Positions 27,511 to 39,900 are shown, numbered from the stretch's first letter. The stretch: 63,967 bases of DNA from Malacoraja senta (GCA_038087875.1 CM075997.1:186034-250000); one strand, 5' to 3'. Notes: generated by a model from the letters alone, not told the origin. Translations and numbers: made by a program.

Positions 27511-29092
27511 AATGGCAACATCTCCTTGATCATAATCTGCTTTGATCTGTGTAGGAAGGAACTGCAGATGCTGGTTTATACCAAAGATAGACACAAAATA
27601 ATCAGTTGTTTTCCCACCTTACCCTTCCATATCTCGAGTTTCCCTCTCCTTTGACTCTCAGTCTGAAGGGTCTCAGCCCGAAACGTCACCTAATCTTTTT
27701 CTCCAGAGATGCTGCCTGTCCCGCTGAGTTACTCCAGCATTTTGTGTCTATCTTCAGTGTAAACCAGCATCTGCAGTTCCTTCCTACACTCACATCCTAA
27801 TGTCGTAAGTAATAGGAGCAGAATTAAACCATTCGGCCCATCAAGTCTTCTCCTGCATTCAATCATGGCTGATCTATCTCTCACTCCTAACCCCATTCTC
27901 CTACCTTCTCCCCATAACCCCTGACACCTGTACTAATTAACAATCTATCTATCTCTGCCTTAAAAATATCCACTGATTTGGCCTCCACAGCCACCTGTGG
28001 CAAATAATTATTTTATTGCTGTTCTGAAAATCACCAAGATTAGATTTGAGAAAAAGCTATCTTGATTTTTTAAGAGTTTAAGTTATTTGAGTCTGAAGAA
28101 TGGTCTTGAATAGGTAACCTAATCCTTTTGTCCAGAGATGCTGTCTGACCTGCTGAGTTACTCCAGCTTTTTCTGTCTATCTCACATTTAACAAAATTTA
28201 ACAAAAGTAGACTTAAAGGGTTCAGGTCACACCTGCACCCCCCCCCCCCCCCCCCAAGTTGGATTGGAAACATGCCATGTCAAGGAACACCTCCTTAAAC
28301 GTGGCCTCCTTTACATCGCTGAGACCGAGCGGAGACAGGGCAACCATTTTGACGAACACTTTCGCTCTGGCCTGCCGGATCTTCTGGTCACTCCCTCTTC
28401 TCCCCCATCGGGCAAAAGGTACGGAAGTGTGAAAACACACACCTCCAGAATCAGGGACAGTTAGATGCATAGATACATAGATAAACGGTGCAGGAGTCGG
28501 CCATTTGGCCCTTCGAGCCATTCAATGTGATCACGGCTGATTATCCACAATCAGTACCCCTTTCCTGCCTTCTCCCCATAAGCCTTGATTCTGCTGGCCC
28601 TAAGAGTCTGAAGAAGGGTCTCGACATGCAGATGCTGGTTCATACCGAAGATAGACACAAAAAGCTGGAGTAACTCAGCGGGACAGGCAGCATCTCTGGA
28701 GAGAAGGAATGGGAGACCTAATTGCCTCGAACCAGAAATGTCGCCCATTCCTTCTCTCCAGAGATGCTGCCTGTCCCGCTGAGTTACTCCAGCATTTTGT
28801 GTCTAGCCCTCAGAGCTCTATCTTACTCTCTTTTGAATGCTCTAACTAATTCAAAAGAGATTAAGTTCTTGGTTTCTTGGTCCTCCAAAATATTCCAAAT
28901 GGAATTTAAACTGGAGGTGGAGTGTTTAAGAAGGAACTAACTGCAGATGCTGGAAAATCGAAGGTAGACAAAAGTGCTGGAGAAATTAGATAGATCAAGT
29001 TATTTGAGGCTGGGGATTTTTAACACAGAATTTCAGGGAATGTGTATATTAACCGTGTGAATAGTTTCTAGGGGGGGGGGGGTTAGCAATAG

Positions 29093-29245
29093 TTTTAGCT
29101 TCTTGTTCAGCAGCAGCAGGTTTAGCTTCATCTTCTTCTTCAGCAGCAGCAGGTTTAGCTTCTTGTACAGCAGCAGGTTTAGCTTCTTGTTCAGCAGCAG
29201 CAGGGTTAGCTTCTTCTGCAGCAGCAGGTTTACCTTTAGCAGCAG
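29093..29245. repeat. CAG-rich ~24-bp tandem repeat
   Basis: Unit approx CAGCAGCAGGTTTAGCTTCTTGTT, about 5-6 degenerate copies. Confidence 0.85.
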
Positions 29246-29590
29246 CAGCGGCAGCACCCTACGTCCACACGGGACACCATCCACTGATGGTGTGAGGGGG
29301 AATGTTGGTTCTCCCGCCCACGGCCTGCCTTCCCTCCGCCTAGCAACAGTGAGCCAATCACCGCGCTCTGTTCCCCGGGGCCGCCGACCAATGGCAGGCC
29401 GGGAGGCGGCGCGAGGCGGCGGGGCGGTTCGAAGCCCAACGGCCGGCGGCGGCGGGGGGGAGGGCGGCGGGGCGCATGCGCAACCCGGGACCGGGAGTGG
29501 GGAGCACGTGACCGAGTTTCAGCCGGGGGCGGGGTGGGGGGGGCTGGAGTGGGATCACGTGACCCGCCTTTTAAATGGAGCGCACTGTCA
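29230..29590 (-). promoter_or_regulatory. CpG-island promoter and probable non-coding first exon of a divergent minus-strand gene
   Basis: GC/CpG-rich; CCAAT 29354 and 29388, NRF1 GCGCATGCGC 29472-29481, E-boxes CACGTG 29505 and TCACGTGAC 29555, GC box 29526-29534, RFX half-site CCTAGCAAC 29339; minus-strand donor AAG|GTAAAC with exon end at 29234. Confidence 0.7.
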
Positions 29591-29648
29591 TAGAGGGAGC
29601 TGAGGTAAAGAGTGGCTGGCACTCAGGGCAAGAGAATGGCGGGGGGGG

Positions 29649-30940
29649 TGTTGGCAGGGCAAGGGCAAGGGCAAGGGCAAGGGCAAGGGCAAGGGGGTTG
29701 GCAGGGCAAGAGAGGGGGGTTGGGCAAGAGAAGGGGTTGGCAGGGCAAGAGAAGGGGTGGTGGCAGGGCAAGAGAAGGGGTTGGCAGGGCAAGAGAAGGG
29801 GTTGGCAGGGCAAGAGAATGGATGGCAGGGCAAGAGAAGGGGAGGGCAGGAGAAGGGGGGGTGGCAGGGCAGGAGAAGGGGGGTTGACAGGGCAGGAGAA
29901 GGGGGTTGGCAGGGCAGGAGAAGGGGGATGGCAGGGCAGGAGAAGGGGGTTGGCAGGGCAGGAGAAGGGGGATGGCAGGGCAAGAGAAGGGGGGTTGGCA
30001 GGGCAAGAGAAGGGGGGTTGGCAGGGCAGGAGAAGGGGGGGTGGCAGGGCAAGAGAAGGGGTTGGCAGGGCAAGAGAAGGGATGGCAGGGCAAGAGAAGG
30101 GATGGCAGGGCAAGAGAAGGGGAGGGCAGGAGAAGGGGGGGTGGCAGGGCAGGAGAAGGGGGGTTGACAGGGCAGGAGAAGGGGGTTGGCAGGGCAGGAG
30201 AAGGGGGATGGCAGGGCAGGAGAAGGGGGTTGGCAGGGCAGGAGAAGGGGGATGGCAGGGCAAGAGAAGGGGGGTTGGCAGGGCAAGAGAAGGGGGGTTG
30301 GCAGGGCAGGAGAAGGGGGGTTGACAGGGCAGGAGAAGGGGGTTGGCAGGGCAGGAGAAGGGGGGTTGACAGGGCAGGAGAAGGGGGTTGGCAGGGCAAG
30401 AGAAGGGGGGTTGGCAGGGCAAGAGAAGGGGGTTGGTAGGGCAAGAGAAGGGGGGTTGGCAGGGCAGGAGAAGGGGGATGGCAGGGCAAGAGAAGGGGGG
30501 TTGGCAGGGCAATAGAAGGGGGGTTGGCAGGGCAAGAGAAGGGGGGTTGGCAGGGCAAGAGAAGGGGGTTGGTAGGGCAAGAGAAGGGGGGCTGGTAGGG
30601 CAAGAGAAGGGGGGTTGACAGGGGAGGAGAAGGGGGTTGACAGGGGAGGAGAAGGGGGTTGACAGGGGAGGAGAAGGGGGGTTGACAGGGCAAGAGAAGG
30701 GGGCTGGCAGGGCAAGAGAAGGGGGGCTGGCAGGGCAAGAGAAGGGGGGCTGGCAGGGCAAGAGAAGGGGGCTGGTAGGGCAAGAGAAGGAGCTGGAAGG
30801 GCAGGAGAGGGGGGGATGGCAGGGCAGGAGAAGGGGGGTTGGCAGGGCAGGAGAAGGGGGTTGACGGGGCAAGAGAAGGGGGGTTGACAGGGCAAGAGAA
30901 GGGGGGCTGGCAGGGCAAGAGAAGGGGGGCTGGTAGGGCT
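29649..30940. repeat. G-rich ~22-bp minisatellite (GGCAGGGCARGAGAAGGGGGTT)n
   Basis: Directly visible; strongly strand-asymmetric; accounts for the many spurious long ORFs here. Confidence 0.97.
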
Positions 30941-31129
30941 AGTAGGGCCGAAGGGGGGGGCTGGTGAGGGAAGGGGGAAGAACAGTTTGACATGTAGTCT
31001 TTGTAAATGGAATATTTTAGCGGATGCAGAAACGACGACCAAGTTTTCTGAACGGTTTTTATTACACACTCGCTCCTTGGCAAACAGGTCTCTGCAAACA
31101 CGTCTGATCACAACAGTGGTCAGCAAAAC

Positions 31130-31360
31130 AACTGAGGCGCGAAAGCGAAACCGCGCGAAAAGCAGCCCCTCCCGAGTCACATGACCGCGGCTTCCAAACG
31201 GCGGGTTCGATATCTGTGTGCGCCAGCAGGCGCTGCTACAATATATATATTGTTCTATCCATAGCAGAGAATAGCTTTGTAACATGTAATGAAGCCATGA
31301 CTTAGCTGCTGGAGGTGTTCCATTGGGTTAAATTAGTAATGGAGGTCAACGTGAGGTTAA
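31130..31360 (+). promoter_or_regulatory. Putative MEIOSIN promoter: two E2F sites, E-box, DR5 RARE-like element
   Basis: Local CpG cluster; GGCGCGAAA 31136-31144 and CCGCGCGAAA 31151-31160 (TTTCGCGC on minus); GTCACATGAC 31176-31185; AGGTCA-ACGTG-AGGTTA 31343-31359; about 2.6 kb upstream of the first coding exon. Confidence 0.55.
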
Positions 31361-32094
31361 CAGCTGGGGAAAAAGACACAAAATGCTGGAGTGACTCAGT
31401 GGGACAGGCAGCATCTCTTAGGTAGATAGATTCTTGAATAGTATGAGTTTCAGGGGTTATGGGAAGAAGGCAGGAGAATGGGGTTAGGAGGGAGAGATAG
31501 ATCAGCCAAGACTGAATGGTGGAGTAGACTTGATGGGCGAATGGCTTAATTCTACTCCTATCACTTATGACCTTAAGGCAACTTCATTGTGATATGCATA
31601 TTGGTATCTTCAAGAAGGGTCTTGACCAGAAATGTTGCCTGTCCGTCCACAGAAGCTACCTAACCCGCTGAGTTCTTCCAGCACTTTGTGTTTTGCTCAA
31701 GATTCCAACTTCTGCAGTTGTTTGTGTCTGGCTTGATGCTCATTGCAAGGAGTGCGGAACTGTGTGACGGCCCTGATTCTAGAATCTGTCGTAGGAAACA
31801 ATCCGTGTGTAGACATCAGCTGGAATGCAATGGGTTGGATACATTACAGTACAATGGATTGGAATGTTGATACCTGTGGGGTGATTTGATTTGGATTTTT
31901 TTAAGATAGTAACATATTGGAGAACCATTTCATTTTAAAATGGTCAAAAGTCAGAAAACTAGAGAGCATTGAGAGAGGGAAAGTTTAAAGGAGGTAGACA
32001 AAATGCTGAAGTTAGGCACGGGACAGGCAGCATCTCTGGAGAGAAGGAATGGGTGACGTTTTGGGTCGAGACCGTTCTTCTGACTTCAGACAAA

Positions 32095-32410
32095 AGTCAA
32101 GTTACTTTTATTTCTAAAGCACATTTAAAAAACAACTCTCGTTGACCAAAGTGCATTACATTGGTGGAGGTACTAACGTTATACAACAGTGGTTCATATA
32201 TTAAGTACATGCATAAATACATACATATAGCCCTCACTCAGAGGACACCAAGAAAGGTTTGAGAATAGAGATGAGTTTTAAGTCTCGACTTAAAAGAGTC
32301 GATGGAGGGGGCAGTTCTGAGGGGGAAGAGGGATGCTGTTCCACAGTCTAGGAGCTGCAACCGCAAAGGCGCGGTCGCCCCTGAGCTTATGCCTAGACCA
32401 CGGGATGTTC
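32095..32410 (-). mobile_element. L2 LINE 3' fragment
   Basis: Minus-strand translation GDRAFAVAAPRLWNSIP..SFKSRLKTHL. Confidence 0.75.
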
Positions 32411-33174
32411 AGTAAGAGATTACTTTATTCCTAAACTAAGAAGGCTACTGATTTAGATGTTAAAATAATTACAAGGGCAGCAAAGTAGTGTGGCTGGTAG
32501 AGTTGCTGCCTCCCAGTGCCAGAGACCCAGGTTTGATCCTGGCCTCCCAATGCTATTTGTGTGGATTTTGCATGTTCTCCCTGTGACCATGCGGGTTTCC
32601 TCTGACATCCCAAAGACACTCGGGTTTGTAGATTAATTGGTCTCTGTAAATTGCCCCCCTAGTGTGTCGGGAGTGGGTGAGAAAGTAGGATACTGTACAT
32701 AAAATTATGTACAGTGAATGCGTGATTAATAATTCTGTGCTGAAGGGCCTGTTTTCATGTTGTATCTAAAGCTAAACTGATCTAAAAATGTGCTGGGTAA
32801 CTTTTAGTTTTCATAATGGAACAATCTAAAACTCGAGTTCATGGGTTTAGGATAAGAGGTTTGAAGGGGATCTGAGAAAAAGTACTTTGTCAACGAGAGG
32901 GAAGTTTAAAAAAAAAAAAAAAGGAAACTCGTTACATTTGAGGGGTTGGTAGGTGGTGGCAGAGACACTCATCTTTAGAAAAGTATCTAGATAAGTACTT
33001 GAATGCCAAGACGGAGGAGGCTTCAAACCACGTGGTAGTCAATAGGACTAGTTCTCAAAAGCAGAATAGAGGGGCTTTTTCTGTGGTGTGTGATTCTGAA
33101 AATCTTTAGAATTGTACCATATTCTGAACTATGGGGCAAGACTGAATTGTAGATTAAGGGGTGATCTGCTTAAT

Positions 33175-33657
33175 TTGTCAAGGAGGACTCTCTCGAACTT
33201 CTACAGGTGCACATTAGAGAGCATGCTGACCGGTTGCATCGTGGCTTGGTTCGGCAACTTGAGCGCCCTAGAGCGGAAAAGACTGCAAAAAGTTGTAAAC
33301 ACTGCCCAATCCATCATCGGCTCTGACCTCCCTAACCATCGAGTGGATCTATCGCAGTCGCTTCAAAAAGGCTGGCAGTATCATCAAGGACCCACACCAT
33401 CCTGGCCACTCACTCATCTCCCCACTGCCTTCAGGTTGAAGGTACAGGAGCCTGAAAACTGCAACGTCCAAGTTCAGGAATAGCTACTTCCCCACAGCCA
33501 TCAGACTATTAAACTCTATATATTCATTGGTATATGGACACACTGATCTGTTCTGTATTCATGCCTACTATGTTCTGTTGTGCTGAAGCAAAGCAAGAAT
33601 TTCATTGTCCTATCTGGGACACATGACAATAAACTCACTTGAATCTTGAATCTTGAA
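33175..33657 (+). mobile_element. Rex1/Babar-like LINE 3' fragment
   Basis: LSNFYRCTLESMLTGCIVAWFGN..RKRLQKVVNTAQSIIG; (CTTGAAT)n tail. Confidence 0.75.
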
Positions 33658-33888
33658 TTTTCCTTAATGATATTAAACTTCTTGAACAGTGTTGGGCTTG
33701 GAGTCATCCGGAGATGAAGTCTTGGCTGGTATCTGTAGCACAATTGAACAGCAGAGAGGACTGCAGGAGTTGCACAGCCAACACATAATCCCAGGGATGA
33801 GTTGACTCATTTTTTAAACTTGTGACTGAATGCATGGAAAGCAAAGTAAACCGAGAAGGAGGGACTGAACTTTATTTAATCTTTACAG

Positions 33889-33966
33889 GATCTTTAATGA
33901 GAGAGAAAGAAAGGAATGCTTTTGAGAATAATGTCCTCCTTAATTCAAGTTAAACGTGAAGTGGAG
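33889..33966 (+). CDS. MEIOSIN: MEIOSIN first coding exon (ATG at 33916 or 33931; [17 protein letters not shown])
   Basis: Acceptor ctttacag|G at 33888, strong donor GAG|gtaagt at 33967, in-frame stop at 33898 upstream of the ATG, phase 0 fits the next exon. No recognisable homology, so less certain than the later exons. Confidence 0.65.
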
Positions 33967-36900
33967 GTAAGTATATCTTGCCCCTCTCCCTTACATAATT
34001 ATATTTAAATTAAGTCATAAAATTATCTCTTACTCCAAACTGGATGCTTTCAATCAAAACCTTTGCTACTGTATACAGATCCTATTGTGGGATAGAAAGA
34101 GGGATGATCTCAAAAGTCAGTGATTTCTTTGGCTTGCCGTACTGCCAAATGTGGTGTGTGAGCCCAGACTACCAGCTTTTTTTTATAAAAGCAGTCCTTG
34201 TGGATATTCCTCAGATCTACAAATCTGTGGAACTTACCTCCTCTGTTACATTCTTTAATGGGATGTGTACATTAAAGACTAGGCCAGTCCTTGCCCTTTA
34301 TCCACAATTGCCCTTGAGAAGGTAGTGGTGCTTGTTTGAACATCTACCATCCAAACCTGAGACCTTTCTGGTTTACATGACTTTCCCCTGCAAAGCCATT
34401 GCCTCTCATTTGGCAGTCTCACAAGCTTGATGCTGTTTGCCAGCATTATCATTTATTTGTATTCCTTCCCCTAAGAGTCTTCTCTCTCTTAGTGCAGCTA
34501 TTGGATGATCAGCCATGATCACATTGAATGGCGGTGCTGGCTCGGAGGGCCGAATGGCCTGCTCCTGCACCTATTGTCTATTGTCTATATCTTAAAACTA
34601 TGATTCCTACTTTTAATATTGCTACTTGTAAAGAACTATTTTGTTTCTATCTATCTTGCTGCAGGATTGGAGTTTTGAGCAAAATGTGGAGATCCCATCA
34701 AGGAGAGATATTCTGACTGTGAATTATAAAGAACTTTTAACTCCCGACAGCCAGAAAATTAAACTATCTCCACTGCAGCATCGTCGAAAGCAAAGGTAAA
34801 ATAATTAAACTGAAACTTGCTGGAAGGTGTGTGAAAATGATCTGTTTATTAATGTGAGAACCATACAAGCAAAATATGACATGGAGGATTTGCCCCGGGA
34901 ACTGCAGTTTGCCTCTAAATTTGGGATACAATAAAAAACAATTTCCATGTGCAGGTCTACAGTAATAGAAAAGCAAAAACTTGCAGATGCTGAAAATCTG
35001 AAATTTAAAAAAAAAACGCACCAAATTCTGAGCAGGTAAGGACCACTAGCCATCTGTGACTTGGTAAATGATGAATCCAACAACCTTAACATCCCGTTAT
35101 TTTTTTATTAGTCGGCAACAATTAATTTACTTGTGGTATCGAACTCCATATATTATATGGAGATATCCTGTAAGGATTCCATCCCCTACTCCCAATTCCT
35201 CCGTCTATGCCGCATCTGCACCCAGGATGAGGTGTTCCACACCAGGGCATCGGAGATGTCCTCATTCTTCAGGGAGCGGGGGTTCGCCTCTTCTACCATA
35301 GATGAGGCTCTCACCAGGGTCTCTTCTATACCCGGTAACTCTGCTCTCACTCCCACTTCCCCCCCACTCGTAACAAGGGCCGAGTCCCCCTTGTCCTCAC
35401 CTTCCACCCTACCAGCCGTCACATACAACAAATAATCCTCCGACATTTTCGCCACCTCCAACGTGATCCCACCACTTGCCACATCTTCCCATCTCCTCCC
35501 CTGTCTGCTTTCCGCAGAGATCGCTCCCTCCGTAACTCCCTGGTCAATTCGTCCCTTCCCACCCGTACCACCCCCTCTGCAGGCACTTTCCCTTGCAACC
35601 GCAAGAAATGCTACACTTGTCGCATTACCTCCCCCCTTGACTCCATTCAAGGACCCAAGCAGTCGTTCCAGGTGTGGCAGAGGTTCACCTGCACCTCCTC
35701 CAGCCTCATCTATTGGATCCGCTGCTCTAGATGTCAGCCGCTCTACATCGGTGAGACCAAGTGTAGGCTTGGCGATCGCTTCGCCGAACACCTCCGCTTG
35801 GTTTGCAATAACCAACCCGATCTCCCAGTGGCTCAGCACTTCAACTCCCCCTCCCATTCCGAATCTGACCTTTCTGTCCTGGGCCTCCTCCAAGGCCAGA
35901 GTGAGGACCACCAGAAATTGGAGGAGCAGCACCTCGTATTTCGCTTTGTGCAGTTTATACCCAAGCGGTATGAACATTGACTTTTCTAATTTCAGGTAGT
36001 CCCTACTTTCTCCTCCCCTTCTCAGCTCTCCCTGAGCCCACTGGCCCCACCTCTTCCTTTCTTCTTCCCGCCCCTCACCCTCACATCAGTCTGAAGAAGC
36101 GTTCCGAAACGTTGCCTATTTCCTTCGCTCCATAGATGCTGCCTCACCTGCTGAGTTTCTGCAGCATTTTTGTCTACCTTCCATATATTAATAGTTCTGT
36201 TTCTGGGCTGGAGAAGTTCCATATTCATATTTCCTTACGACATAGAAAGAAGCCATTTGGTCCATTTCCCCCACTAACCTTTTCTATATTTCACTGGTAA
36301 TCAATAACAATTAATAAGCATAGAATGGGACTAATTACTGGAATTAATTTTCTGTGACATTATCAAATGTGGACATACATTCTTCTGTGGTTAGTATAAT
36401 AGAAATAGAAATATAGATATTACATGGAACTCATAAAGAGCTGAGAGGTAAGACACCATTTTCTCAAAGCTAATGTAGTGTTGCTGACAACATAGCAACA
36501 TTCATCTGTAATTGTTGCTATACAACATCTAAATGTCATATGAAGATACAGAGCTTTTCCAGCAACTTACAAGATAAAAAATATAGGATAATGTCTACAT
36601 GCCTATTGCATAAACACACACACACGGTGGAGTTTGGCACAATAACATAAAAAGAGCCAAGGTGCATTCCATTGAGATCACCTTTTCAAAATGGTGGTAG
36701 ACCCGCTCTCTCCCAAGAGGTTGCTTGTCATTTAGAATGGGGCACAATGGTAAAAGTGATTGGGATTTTAATCAGTGTAGAATGCATATTTGGGCCTCGA
36801 GAGAAAGCTCATTTCTCTGCAATGGTGCATACCAAAAGAAGTTTGGTAACTTTTAGCCTGTGTTGGAACTCCAAAAGTAATATCAGTGTCTCAACTGTAA

Positions 36901-39900
36901 ACTTCTAGCCTGGAAGTGACTGCAGATGAAAGCAATTGAGAATCCTTCAAAAGACATTGCCTGCCCTGCTAGGTATGTTTGTCATGCTGTTTACCAGTTT
37001 TAAAACAAACACAAAGGCAGTGGAACAAAGACTACATTTAAACTGCAATGATCTTTGTCTGGTCGTTATGGCCACAGGAGTCCATTGAATAGCTTGGTGT
37101 ATGGTGCAATGATAGCATTTAGGAAGCTGATGCTGCCTTTTGTTAGGATATGAGAGTGCCAGCATTAAACAGTATTTCTGTGTGTGGCATTTGCAGGGCA
37201 GTCCAACTTTAACTGTTTGAGGTTATTGAGTACATTAAAGTAATGTGTCCACCTTACAATCAGTAATGTTGCACCACTTCCCCAATGAAGAGATGTGTCT
37301 TTAGTGTAACTGCAAGTATTGTTTAATTGGGATAATTCTGCAAAGAATTGACAATAATGATGCTCATGTACTATATGAAACCAGTAAATGATCCAAAGTG
37401 TAGAACTGGTCTATGTTAATGTTGCTGCTGTATTTTATTTCAACCTATCTGCATATTCTATTCATTTCTCTCTTAAGCTTCCACATTCTCGCAGTTCCAT
37501 GGGTTAAGACGTTTGCCCCGAGTTGCTGCCGGGTTTAATCCTGACCTCGAGTACTGTCTCTGTGGAGTTTGCACGCTCTCCCTGTGACTGGGTGTGTTTC
37601 CTTCGGGTGCTCCGGTTTCCTCCCACGTCCCGAGGACGTGCAGATTTGCAGGTTAATTGGCCTCTGTGAATGGCCCCTAGAGTGTAGGGAGTGGATGTGA
37701 AAATGGGATAGCAAAGAGTTAGTGTGAATGGGTGATCGATGGTCGGTGTGGACTTGGTGTGCCAAAGCGCCTGTTTCCATACAGCATGTTTCAATCATTT
37801 TCTGTACAAATGTTAATCTCTGAATTGAAAATGATTGCTGCACTTGGCCAATAGATGGTGCTCCAAGGTCTCAAACAAACCAACTCAAAGAGGCAACAAT
37901 AACTAACTCCAATTTGAATGATAATTATAATTTTGCAGAACTATGGCAGCTTTTTCAGCTTGCTTTGTGCTCTTCCCTGTTCTAGCAGCACGTCAGTGGA
38001 GGGGTCAAATTTTCTGCCAATATGAAGTTTCTCCCAAGGGGCCTATTGTGTTAATATTGCCCCCTGTGAATTTCCCGTACATGCCTTCCAGCGAGGATTC
38101 TCACCCATCAGCACCTAACGGACAGTTGCCATACCCCACGAGTTTCCAGTATGTCATCCCTGTGGCTGGCATTCAGTTACACGCAAGAAGTATTTGTGCT
38201 GCCTGGATTACAGGGTATTAGCTTTAAGGAGAAGATAGACACAAAAATCAGCAGGACAGGCAGCATCTCTGGAGAGACGCTGTCTGTGTGGCGTTGGCTA
38301 TAAGGGGAGGTTGGACAAACTTGGATTGATTTTCTCTGGAGCATCAGAGACTGAGGGAGATCTGACGGGTTTATAACATTATGAGAGGCATTGTTGGGCT
38401 ATTTAGTCCGATCCTTTTTGATGGAAATGTCAAAATCTAGAGGGCATAGGTCAGGGTTGCGAGGGTTAAAGTTCAAAGCAGATGTGCGGGGCAAGTTTTT
38501 TAAATTTTGCATCGAGAATGGTGAATGTCTGGATAGTGTTGCCTGGGGTGGCAGTGGGGCAGATGCAATCGGCATTTAAAAGCCTTTTGGATAGGTACAT
38601 GGATATGAAGAAAAGCAGGCATATGCAACACGTGCAGGCAGAAGAGATTAGTTTAAACTGGCATCATAATTGCCATGGACATTGTGGACCAAACGTACGT
38701 GCGCACCCACTCTCTGTCTCTGTCTCTGTCTCTGTCTCTGTCTGTCTCTGTCTCTGTCTCTGTCTCTGTCTCTGTCTGTGTCTCTGTCTCTGTCTCTGTC
38801 TCTGTCTCTGTCTGTGTCTCTCTCTGTGTCTCTCTCTGTGTCTCTCTGTGTCTCTCTGTGTCTCTCTGTGTCTCTCTCTGTGTCTCTCTCTGTGTCTCTC
38901 TCTGTGTCTCTCTCTGTGTCTCTCTCTGTGTCTCTCTCTGTGTCTCTCTCTGTGTCTCTCTCTGTGTCTCTCTCTGTGTCTCTCTCTGTGTCTCTCTCTG
39001 TGTCTCTCTCTGTGTCTCTCTCTGTGTCTCTCTCTGTGTCTCTCTCTGTGTCTCTCTCTGTGTCTCTCTCTCTCTCATTGCTACTTGATTTTTTTTCTCA
39101 CCACCCATCCCATTTTCCTTCTCGCAGTCGACTCTCAGTCCTCTCAGGAACATGTTATGTGGTCTCTCCCCAGGGAACAGTATCGCAGCAATGTCAACTC
39201 GCTGCGGGAGTTGGCTGCCATCTTGCCAGTGCCGCCTCAGAAACGGGAAAAGCGTCTCACAAAGGTACAGGAACCAACCTCTTCCCCCTCCCCCCCCCAC
39301 CCCCCAACCCCCAACCCCACACCTCCCTCCACCTGCTCGGTAAAGAAAACACAGCAAATTCTAACCGCCTCTCTAATCTTCCTGTCATCAGTGTAAGCTG
39401 TTCAATAATACTTCTCCCTACACAAGGCTGAGCAAAGGGTGAAATTGCCTCTGGTCCTTGGTAATTAATCATGGAGGCAAAATGTGGACAGGTACAAAAC
39501 ATAATTCAATAAGCTCATTAATTGTTGGCCTTTATCTTGAGGGGGGTGATATAAAGTGTGGTGCCGTTATTCTGAGGTATGGTGAAGCTCGGGTAAGAGA
39601 GCATGCACTGAATGTGTTTAAGAAGGAACTGCAGATGCTGGAAAATCGAAGGTAGACAAAAGTGCTGGAGAAACTCAGCGGGTGCAGCAGCATCTATGGA
39701 GCGAAGGAAATAGGCAACGTTTCGGGACGAAACCCGGAAGGGTTTCGGCCCGAAACGTTGCCTATTTCCTATAGTGGAGATTGTTCAACTCTTTACATGG
39801 AGCGAAGGAAACGTTGCCTATTTCCTACAGTGGAGATTGTTCAACTCTTTACATGGAGCGAAGGAAACGTTGCCTATTTCCTTCGCTCCATAGATGCTGC

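Noticed and set aside
29571..31285. Long ORFs of 433-565 aa (Pro/Leu/Cys-rich) and Gly/Arg-rich opposite-strand ORFs
   Set aside because: Translations of the stop-poor 22-bp minisatellite, open in several frames on both strands.
37943..38221. 92-aa ORF after an acceptor-like ttttgcag as an extra MEIOSIN exon
   Set aside because: No homology, and the flanking exons already join in frame without it.
38482..39431. ORFs of 234-304 aa with (CLSL)n or (ETQR)n, and their duplicates at 43473-44359
   Set aside because: Microsatellite read-through; only the 91-nt bHLH exon within them is credible.
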